Virus record (IMG/VR): IMGVR_UViG_3300033407_000970
Span: 1-47,793 of that record
Direction: 5' to 3' (one strand)
Length of the DNA: 47,793 nucleotides
DNA from: a virus
Lineage: Duplodnaviria; Caudoviricetes
In this document: piece after piece, positions 34,608 through 43,784 of the stretch
Numbering within the stretch: position 1 is the stretch's first letter
How the letters are laid out: the number at the start of each line of letters is the position of its first letter
Made by a program: the position numbers and the translations under genes
The notes under the pieces: model-generated
What the model was told of the DNA's origin: nothing
The model's database searches: none
What the model saw: the letters and a program-made list of their open reading frames with translations, nothing else

Positions 34608-35038
34608 CCCACGGCGGACCCCGGAAACCCGACGGGCCCCAACCATCTGCTAAGTCTGACCTGCCGTACCCGTGGTCGTGGTATGGCGGCCTGTATCGGA
34701 TTGGGGCGGTCCGGTTCCACTACACCCGGGATGAAACCCGAGCGTTGCATGAATGGCAGTTAGCCGCGATGCTCGGTTATGACCTGTCCGAGTTGGAGGG
34801 GGCACCCGGCAGTCAGGCCCCGGCGGATGTGCAACGTGCCATCACCGAACGGGTCGCCCGCCTGCGCACCCTGCCCGACGATGTGAAGTTGGAGCGGCAA
34901 CGCAGGGTGGACGAGTATGTGGCGTTGCGGCGTGACCCGAAACGGCGCCGGGAGGTGTCGGCGGGTATTGGCCGGGCGCCAGCGAACACCCGGATTTTGG
35001 ATGACACTCAGGTGGAAGTGTTGAAGTCGGGCGGCTGA
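34128..35038 (+). CDS. Tail assembly chaperone GT (-1 frameshift product)
   Basis: Overlapping -1 frame ORF 34568-35038 lacks a good independent start. Confidence 0.65.
34580..34586 (+). promoter_or_regulatory. -1 programmed frameshift slippery heptamer C CCT TTG
   Basis: Fits X XXY YYZ in the G frame; GC-rich pairing potential downstream. Confidence 0.65.
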
Positions 35039-35119
35039 TACACTTCGTAGTGTCCGGCGTTGGGTGCCCACCGCCCGGCCCTTACCGGGGGTTCAGTCTC
35101 AACTAGGTAACATGCCGAC

Positions 35120-37777
35120 ATGGCCCTATCGGAACGGCTAGTACTCGAAGTCGATCAGGCGTTCACTGCGCTGAACCAGTTGAACGCCCAGTTGAACCGG
35201 ATCGACGACACCACCCTCACCCCCACCCTTGACATCCAAACGTCCGGGCTGGACAACATCGACCAAACCCTGCGGGAAGCCGAACAGGCCGCCGACAACC
35301 TGGCCACCGCCGCCGGCCGCGCCTCCGCCGAACTCCGGGTGGCGGACACCAACGTCGGAGACCTCGCCTCATCGCTCGGTGTCAGTGAGGATCGGGCCCG
35401 CCAGTTGGCATCCGAATTCGTCACGTCGCAGATCCGGGCGGACAATGTTGCCGACGCCGCCCGTGAGGTCGCCCGCCAGTTGAACCTGGCCGAAGACGAC
35501 GCCCAAGCGTTCGTCCGCCAAATGGGAAGGGCCACTGATGAGACCCGAGACACGGCCCGGGCAGCGTCGGGGGTGACATCAGCGTTCGGGTCGATCCGCT
35601 CATTCCTGGTAGGTGGCATCGCCGCGTTCGGGATCACACAAGCCGTCCAAGGACTCGTCTCCCAGTTAGGTCGGGCGGTAACCGCGTCCACCAACCTCAG
35701 TGAGTCGACGAACGCGGTCAACGTCGTGTTCGAAGAGGGCGCCGAAACCATCCGCGACTTCGCCAGTGCCGCCGCCGAATCCGCCGGCCTCAGCACTGCC
35801 GCCGCCCAACAACTGGTCGTGCCCATCGGGTCACTGTTGCGCAACTTCGGGTTCGACGCCCAGGAAGCCGCCGACGCCACCGTCATCCTCACCCAACGCG
35901 CCGCCGACATGGCGTCCGTGTTCAACACCGACGTCACCGAAGCGCTCACAGCCGTCCAAGCCGCGTTGCGTGGGGAGGGTGACCCGATCGAACGGTTCGG
36001 CGCCAACGTGTCCGCCGCCCGAGTCGAAGCGTTCGCTTTGGCCGAAGGACTGGCAGCGTCGAAAGACGAAATCACCGACCAAATCAAATTGCAGGCCCGC
36101 CTCGGCCTGATCCTGGCGGATACGGAACGGGTCGCCGGCGACTTCTCCAACACGTCTGATGAGTTGGCGAACCGGCAACGCACCCTGAACGCCCAATGGG
36201 AAGACGCCCAAGCTGCATTGGGCACCGCCATGTTGCCTGCGATGGAAGCCCTCGTCGGGCTCGTCCCCACCGCCATCGCCCTCGTCGGCGACCTGGTACC
36301 CGTCGTCGAAGACCTCGCCGAAGCGTTCGCCGACGCCGCCCCCGACATCGCCGAAGCCGCCCAAGGCATCCCCGACGCCATCGACGCCACCGTCCGGGCC
36401 GGGACAGCCACCCGCGACACGTTCCAACTGTTAGGTGCCGGAGCGTCGGCCGTGTCCGACGGTTTCGAACAACTGTTCTCGGTGCTCAACATTGGCGGCG
36501 ACGGCTGGTCCCGGTACGCCGACAACGTCGACGAGGGCAACCAGTCGATCCAACGGATCAAGGACGAACTCGAAGACCTCAAAATCGGTGGCGCGATTTC
36601 GGACATTTCGGCGTCGTTGCAGGCGGGGGTTTCGCCGGTAGACGCGTTCGGGGTGGTCGTCACACGGTTGGGCGACGACCTCGAGATCGCCGCCGACGAC
36701 CTCACCAACCTGGCCGAAGCCGCCAACCTCGACGACCTCGAAGCCGACCAGCTGCAAGGCCTGATCGACGGGTTCGACAATCTGCGGGACCGGATCGGCG
36801 ACACCAACGTTGACACGATCATCAGCGAACTCGAACGGCTCCGCTTCGCCGCCATCGCGGCGGCCGACCCGCTCGTCAACCAAGGCGACTTTTCGATCGG
36901 GTTCGCGTTCGGCGAGATCGCATCTAACGCCGACGCCGCCGCCGTCGCAGTCGAAGAAGTCCTCACACCGTTGCAAGCGTTGCAAATGCTGGCCGAAGAA
37001 TCCGGCCGGTCCGTCACCGAACTCGCCATCGGGTCCGGCGAGTTGGACCCGGCGTTCGCCGACGCCGTCTCCTCGGGTGAAGGCCTAATAGTCGTACTGC
37101 GGGAAATCCAAACCGACGCTGCTGCGGCGGCTGCGGTGATCGCCGACACGTTGGGGGATGCGATCACGTCGGCGTCGGACGCGTTCGTCGACGCCAACGA
37201 AAACAACCGGGTGTCCGCCTCAGAATTCCTGTCCGCATTGACAGAGCAGGCGGGGGCGACCGCCGAATTCGAAGGCAACCTGCTCACCCTCGCCCAGTCG
37301 TTCCCCGCCCTGGCCGAAACGCTCCGCACCGCCGGGGCGGACGTGGCCGGCGACGCCGCAGCCGAGTTCGCCGACAACTTCGATTTGGCCGGTGAAGCCG
37401 AAGCCGTACTACAAGGGGACATACCGCAGGCGGCGGACGCTATCGCCGGGTTCGCCGACGACGCCGTCGACCTGGCCAACACTGACCCGGCCGCCCTCGC
37501 GTTTTGGGAGGCGTTCGCCGCATCGTTGGAAACCCCCGGGTTCGCGGCGGCGGTGCAGTCGGCGGTCGACTCCGTGCTGGGCGGACTCACGGCGGGGGTG
37601 CCGTTGGCGATCACACCCGACGGTGGGGTGGTGGGTGTGCCTACCGGGGCACCTACAGCGATTGCCGGTGGTGGCATGACGGTGATCATCAACAATCCGG
37701 TGACGGAGGATGTGACGTCGAGCGCGGCGCAGGCTGGGCAGATCGTCGGGTCGATCGGCGGGCTACTCCCCCAATAG
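35120..37777 (+). CDS. Tape measure protein
   Basis: 885 aa Ala-rich helical; S.LSES.N.V.VVF, AADMAS.FN, AL.GE..PIE.FG, G.F..TS...AN.QR.L. Confidence 0.92.
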   Translation: MALSERLVLEVDQAFTALNQLNAQLNRIDDTTLTPTLDIQTSGLDNIDQTLREAEQAADNLATAAGRASAELRVADTNVGDLASSLGVSEDRARQLASEFVTSQIRADNVADAAREVARQLNLAEDDAQAFVRQMGRATDETRDTARAASGVTSAFGSIRSFLVGGIAAFGITQAVQGLVSQLGRAVTASTNLSESTNAVNVVFEEGAETIRDFASAAAESAGLSTAAAQQLVVPIGSLLRNFGFDAQEAADATVILTQRAADMASVFNTDVTEALTAVQAALRGEGDPIERFGANVSAARVEAFALAEGLAASKDEITDQIKLQARLGLILADTERVAGDFSNTSDELANRQRTLNAQWEDAQAALGTAMLPAMEALVGLVPTAIALVGDLVPVVEDLAEAFADAAPDIAEAAQGIPDAIDATVRAGTATRDTFQLLGAGASAVSDGFEQLFSVLNIGGDGWSRYADNVDEGNQSIQRIKDELEDLKIGGAISDISASLQAGVSPVDAFGVVVTRLGDDLEIAADDLTNLAEAANLDDLEADQLQGLIDGFDNLRDRIGDTNVDTIISELERLRFAAIAAADPLVNQGDFSIGFAFGEIASNADAAAVAVEEVLTPLQALQMLAEESGRSVTELAIGSGELDPAFADAVSSGEGLIVVLREIQTDAAAAAAVIADTLGDAITSASDAFVDANENNRVSASEFLSALTEQAGATAEFEGNLLTLAQSFPALAETLRTAGADVAGDAAAEFADNFDLAGEAEAVLQGDIPQAADAIAGFADDAVDLANTDPAALAFWEAFAASLETPGFAAAVQSAVDSVLGGLTAGVPLAITPDGGVVGVPTGAPTAIAGGGMTVIINNPVTEDVTSSAAQAGQIVGSIGGLLPQ

Positions 37778-37899
37778 GCCGGAGTGGCGGGCTACTGGGG
37801 TAGGGGCGGGCCGAAAGAATTCGTGTACGGGGCTGTCATGCGGAGAGGGCTTGTTTCTGGGGTTTGCCGATGGTTGGCGCCGGGTACCATCCACACACC

Positions 37900-37995
37900 A
37901 TGACACAACTACAACGCACCCTCATCACAATCGCCCTCGCCCTCGCCATCATCGTCCTCATCGTCTGGCTCGCAGGCCCCATCCAAATCGGCTGA
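37900..37995 (+). CDS. 31-aa single-pass membrane peptide (not in ORF track)
   Basis: MTQLQRTLITIALALAIIVLIVWLAGPIQIG; TACCAT 9 nt upstream. Confidence 0.55.
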   Translation: MTQLQRTLITIALALAIIVLIVWLAGPIQIG

Positions 37996-38217
37996 TCAGT
38001 TGGCGTAATGCCACTCCCGCACATGATGCATGATCGTCGTGTGATGCCGGTTCAACAGGCGACCAATCTCCGGATACGACACCCCGTCCTCATGCAGCCG
38101 GACGGAGATCCGCCGTCGCAGCTCCACCAAGTGGGCTTTGCGGGACGGACCGTACAGGTCGTCGAGTGTGACACCAGCGTCGGCGGCCATGGCTGCGACC
38201 AGTTCGAAGTTGTTCAC
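37996..38217 (-). CDS. Stand-alone DnaA C-terminal-like HTH protein
   Basis: L.G.SR...V..R, SYPEIGRLLNRHHTTIMH. Confidence 0.78.
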   Translation of the reverse strand: MNNFELVAAMAADAGVTLDDLYGPSRKAHLVELRRRISVRLHEDGVSYPEIGRLLNRHHTTIMHHVREWHYAN

Positions 38218-38516
38218 GGCTTCACCACGATCCACGCTGGCACCATGCGGCAGGAGAGAACCGGTTCCTTGTGATCTCGATGACAGTGCTTCGATGACTG
38301 GCCTATGTGGCACACCGCTTGGCGATGCACTTCACACCACAACACCTCGGGTTGTTCGGCGGGGTCGATGATCACCCGTTCGACCGAATCCTTGCACGCC
38401 TCCGTGAACTCCGCCCCCGCATCAAACGCGCACGCCTCGAAGTCGTCGCCGTCATAGATCGTGCCCACACGCCCAAAGGGGGAGTCGTGCTTTACACACC
38501 ATCTGATCTTCCTCAT
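38214..38516 (-). CDS. hypothetical protein with repeated WC..H
   Basis: GTGATAGAACT box and GGAGGTGCA SD; WCVKH and WCEVH. Confidence 0.65.
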   Translation of the reverse strand: MRKIRWCVKHDSPFGRVGTIYDGDDFEACAFDAGAEFTEACKDSVERVIIDPAEQPEVLWCEVHRQAVCHIGQSSKHCHRDHKEPVLSCRMVPAWIVVKP

Positions 38517-38769
38517 CGACTGCACCTCCAGTAGTAGTTCTATCACCACACTACTACACGTATTCCACAGGGGCAACACCCCGGCGTCTCCATTCATGGA
38601 GGGTTCGGTCAGGTGGAAGCATGGGGATGGCGGTGGGAAGGCATGAGGGGGCGAAATCCACCAGTGAAGGTAAGACTGTGGACTAGTGGAAGCCAACACC
38701 AGAGGTCTTAGTCTGCACCGTAGGTGCAGCAAGAAAACGTCTCGCTTTCGGCGGGTTTGACGGGACGCG

Positions 38770-38798
38770 TTGACCTAGACCTCGGGAGCGTGTACAAT
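38770..38798 (+). promoter_or_regulatory. SigA-type promoter
   Basis: TTGACC-N17-TACAAT. Confidence 0.75.
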
Positions 38799-38803
38799 CT
38801 CCG

Positions 38804-38867
38804 AAGCAGGTAATGCGTTTGTACTGATCAGCAGGCCCCTCCCTTGTTCGGGGGCCTGTTGTTCATT
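38804..38867 (+). ncRNA. Putative ~60-nt small RNA
   Basis: Lies between a near-consensus promoter and a terminator hairpin; no meaningful ORF. Confidence 0.45.
38830..38867 (+). terminator. Intrinsic terminator
   Basis: agcaggcccct...gggggcctgtt stem then gttcatt. Confidence 0.65.
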
Positions 38868-38916
38868 GTAGAACACGTCCACGCCGGCCGCCACCCTCAC
38901 GGCTACCATGCATCCC

Positions 38917-39717
38917 ATGGTCGACTGTCTGGACCTCCGAATCGGCGGCACCCTCTCCTCGAGCGGCATCACCGGTGGGCAAACCATCCAAGTCCCCGCC
39001 CACGGACCCCGCTCATACACTGGGCTCCTCGGCCACCCCGGATTCCAAAACTCGGGGGTCCGTACCATCGGCCGGCCCGGCGTCTACATTCCAGCCACGA
39101 ACTTCGCCCAAGAGCGGCTCGCCACACTCGACCTGTTGATCACCGGGAACCCGCTGCCGGGTGAGACCATTTCGGATGATGGGGCGTGTTGGGAGCTCGA
39201 CCAGAACACCGACCGGGTGCTCGCATACATGGCCGACCCGGATGGGTTCTATCTGGAGAGGGACCTGGCCGACGGCTCGTCGAGGTTCCTACAACTGCGT
39301 GCCCTGTCGTCGTTTCCGATCGCGACGCCGGCCGTGTTCACCCGCACCCTGACGGCGGTGTTGACGGGGGTGTATCCGTGGTGGCGGGCCGGTGGCGCCC
39401 AGTCGTCGAACGTGATCAGTGGTGCGACGACGGTGAACAACCCGGGCACCGCCTCCGTCCAAGACTTGGTGCTGTCGTTTGCGGGGGACGCCATCCTCAC
39501 CAACTCGACGACGGGTCAGTCGTTGGAGATTGACGGGTCGTCGGGGACGGTGACCGTGGACGTGTTGGCGGGGTCGATCACGCAGGGTGGCAACCCGGCG
39601 GATAACTTGTTGGTGGCGCAGTCGGATTACGAGTTGTTCCGCCTGGACCCGGGAGATAACAGCGTTAGCCGCGTGGGTGCAAACGTGACGATCACTTGGC
39701 GGGCGGCGTACGACTGA
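38917..39717 (+). CDS. Distal tail protein (Dit-like)
   Basis: First virion gene after tape measure; P.W, NPGT, F.LDPG.N, WR.AY ending. Confidence 0.75.
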   Translation: MVDCLDLRIGGTLSSSGITGGQTIQVPAHGPRSYTGLLGHPGFQNSGVRTIGRPGVYIPATNFAQERLATLDLLITGNPLPGETISDDGACWELDQNTDRVLAYMADPDGFYLERDLADGSSRFLQLRALSSFPIATPAVFTRTLTAVLTGVYPWWRAGGAQSSNVISGATTVNNPGTASVQDLVLSFAGDAILTNSTTGQSLEIDGSSGTVTVDVLAGSITQGGNPADNLLVAQSDYELFRLDPGDNSVSRVGANVTITWRAAYD

Positions 39718-39741
39718 CCGTTATTCTCCTATCATTGCCCC

Positions 39742-42700
39742 ATGGCATTGAGACCCCAGATTTGGCGGAGGCCGGGAGACGCAGCAGGCCCCGGCATCGT
39801 CGTCGCCAAACCACCCATCCAACAAGCCACCGGCACCCTCCGCACTGGCGTCGGCTACGGGAGGGGAACCGCCACCCTCCCCGCCACGTTCTCGAGACTG
39901 TCCGACATTATCGAACGGGACCCCGCCGCGCCCGTCTCCGACATCAAAACACTCATGCGAGTGTTCGACGACGAATCGGCTACCCCCACGATCCCCGTCC
40001 ACGAATGGTTCATCAACTCGGTGACCGATGATCTGACGGGTGGCGCGTCCCTGTCCGGCGACGACTTGAAGTCGATGATGGGCGAGGCCACGGTCGAGGC
40101 GTGGGACTGGGCCGGCGCGGCCTCCGAAATCTCGCAGTTCCCGAACTGGGTGTGGGGTGGCCGCAACGCTTTACCCGACCTGGCGTTGGCTGACCTCGGG
40201 TCGATCCGGGCCGTGTGGGAGATCTACCTGTCGGGGGAGAAGTATTCGATCGACCTGTCTGGTGCGACCGCGGGCACGTTCACGTTGACGGTGCTCGGAC
40301 AGACCACCGCCGCCATATCGTTCGACGCGTCGTCGGGCACGATTGAAAACGCTATCGCCGCCCTGTCCACCGTTGATGATGTCACCGCCACCCGCGGCGA
40401 CGACGACATTGTGTTGGTCGTGTTCGACGACCCCAAAACCCTCACCCCGGACATGACCGCCAACTTTGCCGGGATCACCGGCACGGCGACCCTGTCAAAA
40501 GTCAACGACGGGTTCGATACGAGTCTCAACCCGACGTTCACGATCACCGTCGACGGTGACACCACCGCCGCTATAGCGTGGAACGCCAACTATCAGACAG
40601 TCGAGCAGGCCGTCACACAGCTCACCACCGTTGACGATGTGCTGGTCGTCGGGTCGGGCACGTATGCGGACCCGTGGCACATCACGTTTTATGTGCCGCC
40701 GATCATCGGCGTCGTGTCGACCACGTTCGCGGCGGGGACAGCAGTGGTGGTGGAGATCACAGCGGGGGTGTCCGACCCGTCCCCGATCACGCAGTCGCAG
40801 GCGGCGGACGCTAGGAAGGACCCGCACCTGTTCGGCACGTACTCCGATCCGGCGATCGAAGTGGTGACCACTCCCGGCCTGTTGAATACGGGGTCGGATT
40901 GGACGCTCAGGGTGAACGCGACGGGCCGGTTCGCCGGGTCGCAGATTTGGCCGGTTCGGGTCAACCCCGGCGGGTTATATCAGGCCAGCATTCCGGTGCG
41001 GGTGACAGTCAACGGGTCGTATCGGCTGGTCATTAGGGACCAGTTCGAGAACCTGATTGCCTGGTCGACGCCGATCGAAACGCCGATCCCCGCCGACGGC
41101 GCATACCACGTGTTGTCCATTTCGGATGTGCAGATCCCCGACGACGTGGACCGCATCATCTTCCGCATCGCAGTCGTGTCCGAACCGTCTTCGACGCACG
41201 CCGACTTTTATGTGGACTGGCAGCACGCCGAACTGTTGGAGGGGATGGCCGCCACCACCGTCGGGGCGATGATGCAAATGCTGTTGGATGACGCCACCGT
41301 CGACCACGTTTCGGACGGCCTGTTGTGGTGGGAGGATCAGGCCAACCCGGGCACCACATATTTGGACTACTCGTCGTTTGATGATGCGACCGATTCGGAT
41401 GGGGCGGCGTGGGCTGACACAGAGTTGTCGTGGTCGGTGACTCGGGGCATGACATACGGCCAAGTGTTGGACCAGTTCGCCGCCCAGTTGGGTTACGAGT
41501 GGGACGTGAGGGTGGACCCGGCCGATCCGGACGGCGGCGTCTACCTGTTGTACGTGTGGAACCCGGACGGGCAGGGAGTCGACTATTCGGCGGCGGATGC
41601 GCCGGCGGTGAACGTCGGGCAGGGGGGCACTCGGTCGGGGCCGGTCACGAAACGGCATGTGGGTGCGAACCGGTGGATGGTGGAGGGTGACGGTGGGGTG
41701 ATAGCTAGGGCCGAATCGGCCGCGTCGTCCGGGGCGATCGGTCTGATCGGTGATTATGAACCGGACCGGTCGATCATGGACCTGCCGACGGCGTTGGCGG
41801 CGGCGAACCAGCGGGTCGCGTTCGCCCTGCTGGCCGGGCTGGCGATCGAAGTGTCACAGGTGGGCGGCGTGTGGTCGACCCCGCTACGGGACTTCGGGGT
41901 GGCGGACGTGGTGAACGTGCATATTCCGGGGGTGATCAACAAGTCGGCGCACCGGGTGGCAGCCATCACGTATACGGTCAGTAACGGGGCGGCGGACTCA
42001 TACAACGTGCAGTTCTCGAGTGAGCAGTTCGGTTCGCCGAACCCGCAGGGCGGCGTCACAGCGCAAGGCGGCGGCGGTGGCGGGGGTGGGGTGTCGACCC
42101 GCCAGTTCGCCCCCGTAGCGGAAGGCACCCGCCGGCTGTTGGCAGCGTTCAAAGGGTTGGACCTGCCAGTGTTCCCGTCCATCCCGTTCACCGGGTCGGG
42201 GACGATACCGTGGCTGGTCGCCGCGTCGGATTCGCCCGACGCTTATAAGACCGTCGCCGGGTTCCAATGCGTCGGCACCGACGACCATGTCACTATCCAA
42301 ACCGCCCTCGACATTGTCGATGTGTTTTACTCCGGGCTTGTCTGGCTCGCACCCGGAAGCTACTCGGTGACATCTCAACCGTCCGGGACACCGGCCATCG
42401 CCATGTCATTCCAGCGGCTCGTCGGGCTCGGTGGCCCCCAAGGCGTGGTGATCAGCCAATCTGACTCCGGCAAGTCGTCACCAGGCCCGATCATCAACGT
42501 GGTCGGCACCCTCGAAAACATCGCCGTGTTCTCCGGCGACGCCGACGCCATGCACATCGGCGGCACCGGCTCATACATTCGAGACTGTGTCGCCGAAACC
42601 GACGGTGGCACCGTCTACGCCATTTACTCGTCGGGCGGGTCCGAGTTCGAGATCATCGGCGGCTACTACACCAGCCGCATCCGGTTCGACAATTGCATAC

Positions 42701-42810
42701 GGTTTTCGCTACGTCACACCCTGTTCGACTCCGGCTCCGACCTGTATCTGTCAGGATGTACAGACGCTGTGATTGACTCGCCCCGGTTCGACACGGCAGG
42801 AGCGTTCTAA
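39742..42810 (+). CDS. Tail tip/hub protein with inserted domains and C-terminal beta-helix start
   Basis: Follows Dit; two TFT.TV.G.TTAAI...A repeats, DFGVAD.V, Gly hinge, GTDD...IQ.ALD...V.L.PG.Y. Confidence 0.75.
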   Translation: MALRPQIWRRPGDAAGPGIVVAKPPIQQATGTLRTGVGYGRGTATLPATFSRLSDIIERDPAAPVSDIKTLMRVFDDESATPTIPVHEWFINSVTDDLTGGASLSGDDLKSMMGEATVEAWDWAGAASEISQFPNWVWGGRNALPDLALADLGSIRAVWEIYLSGEKYSIDLSGATAGTFTLTVLGQTTAAISFDASSGTIENAIAALSTVDDVTATRGDDDIVLVVFDDPKTLTPDMTANFAGITGTATLSKVNDGFDTSLNPTFTITVDGDTTAAIAWNANYQTVEQAVTQLTTVDDVLVVGSGTYADPWHITFYVPPIIGVVSTTFAAGTAVVVEITAGVSDPSPITQSQAADARKDPHLFGTYSDPAIEVVTTPGLLNTGSDWTLRVNATGRFAGSQIWPVRVNPGGLYQASIPVRVTVNGSYRLVIRDQFENLIAWSTPIETPIPADGAYHVLSISDVQIPDDVDRIIFRIAVVSEPSSTHADFYVDWQHAELLEGMAATTVGAMMQMLLDDATVDHVSDGLLWWEDQANPGTTYLDYSSFDDATDSDGAAWADTELSWSVTRGMTYGQVLDQFAAQLGYEWDVRVDPADPDGGVYLLYVWNPDGQGVDYSAADAPAVNVGQGGTRSGPVTKRHVGANRWMVEGDGGVIARAESAASSGAIGLIGDYEPDRSIMDLPTALAAANQRVAFALLAGLAIEVSQVGGVWSTPLRDFGVADVVNVHIPGVINKSAHRVAAITYTVSNGAADSYNVQFSSEQFGSPNPQGGVTAQGGGGGGGGVSTRQFAPVAEGTRRLLAAFKGLDLPVFPSIPFTGSGTIPWLVAASDSPDAYKTVAGFQCVGTDDHVTIQTALDIVDVFYSGLVWLAPGSYSVTSQPSGTPAIAMSFQRLVGLGGPQGVVISQSDSGKSSPGPIINVVGTLENIAVFSGDADAMHIGGTGSYIRDCVAETDGGTVYAIYSSGGSEFEIIGGYYTSRIRFDNCIRFSLRHTLFDSGSDLYLSGCTDAVIDSPRFDTAGAF

Positions 42811-43304
42811 TGCCCGACATCACCTTGGATGGATGCGACAGGGTCAACATCAGCACTCCGACCTCTAGCGGAGGTTCGGAGACGTTGGTGCTGTTCGACG
42901 GGTCGTCAAAGTGTAAGCTGCTGGGCGGGTCGATCGTCAACTGTCAGGAACACGCTGTCATGCTGGTCGATTCGTCGGACTGCACCGTCCAGGATGTGAC
43001 CATTGACGGCGCCGGCGGCAACACCGACAACACGTACGATGGGGTAATCCTGTCGGGTGATTCGGATCGGAACCTCATTTCGGGTATCCAGGTGGTCGCT
43101 CGGGCGGTGTCACCGTTGACCCGGTATGGCATCAACGTGAGTGCGTCGACGTGTGACTGCAACATTGTGGTTGGGAACGTGTTGGGCGACCCAGCCGACT
43201 ATGGCACCGACGCGCTCAACGACGCTGGCACGGACACCCAATTGTTCTACCCGAACGACGCGACGTACGGTGACAACTTCACAGCCTGCGACCCGACCAG
43301 CTAA
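42810..43304 (+). CDS. Right-handed beta-helix tail-associated protein
   Basis: Periodic I.L....S.C, NTYDGV.L, YGIN, N.VVGN; TAATG overlap. Confidence 0.65.
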   Translation: MPDITLDGCDRVNISTPTSSGGSETLVLFDGSSKCKLLGGSIVNCQEHAVMLVDSSDCTVQDVTIDGAGGNTDNTYDGVILSGDSDRNLISGIQVVARAVSPLTRYGINVSASTCDCNIVVGNVLGDPADYGTDALNDAGTDTQLFYPNDATYGDNFTACDPTS

Positions 43305-43415
43305 ACCGGGTGTCTAGTCATAGCGTGTGTGAACTGTCGCCTCCGGTACACTCGCCACTAGCCAGAACTAGGGACGGAGTGGCAGAGTGGAAACGGTCAT
43401 GGCCAAGGAGCGAAC

Positions 43416-43784
43416 ATGGCAGTATCGACGCACCAGAGGAGCGGGGGAGACATGCCGATCGCCGTCATGAATGCGCTGACGCTCCTGGCGACGGCCGCCT
43501 CGGGCGCGACGATCGGCGTCGCCTCATGGGCAGTCGCGCAAGCGGCGACAGCCGGTAACACGGCTCAGATCGTCGGCTATTCGGGTATCGCTGCGCTAGT
43601 GCTTGGACTGCTCGGCTGGTTCCTCAAAGCTCAGGCAGCGTCGGACCGACGGTACGAGAAGGACCTCTCAAGACGGGACGATGAGATCGACCGGGTGACA
43701 ATGCAACGGAACGAGTGGATGAGACTGTACTTTCAGGAACGCACGAAACGACTTGGCGACACGGGCGAGCAGGAGATCATCTGA
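43416..43784 (+). CDS. Membrane protein with coiled coil (lysis-module accessory); alternative start 43452
   Basis: Hydrophobic segments then charged helix; AAGGAG SD. Confidence 0.65.
   Translation: MAVSTHQRSGGDMPIAVMNALTLLATAASGATIGVASWAVAQAATAGNTAQIVGYSGIAALVLGLLGWFLKAQAASDRRYEKDLSRRDDEIDRVTMQRNEWMRLYFQERTKRLGDTGEQEII

Noticed and set aside
35155-37695. 846-aa minus-strand ORF
   Set aside because: Antisense shadow of the tape measure gene; Ser/Ala-rich with no motifs, expected in GC-rich coding DNA
38560-38870. tRNA gene
   Set aside because: Hairpins present but no cloverleaf with TTC loop and acceptor stem could be built by eye; tRNAscan-SE would be decisive
39742-43304. Diversity-generating retroelement targeting the tail protein
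   Set aside because: No reverse transcriptase motif and no template/variable repeat pair seen
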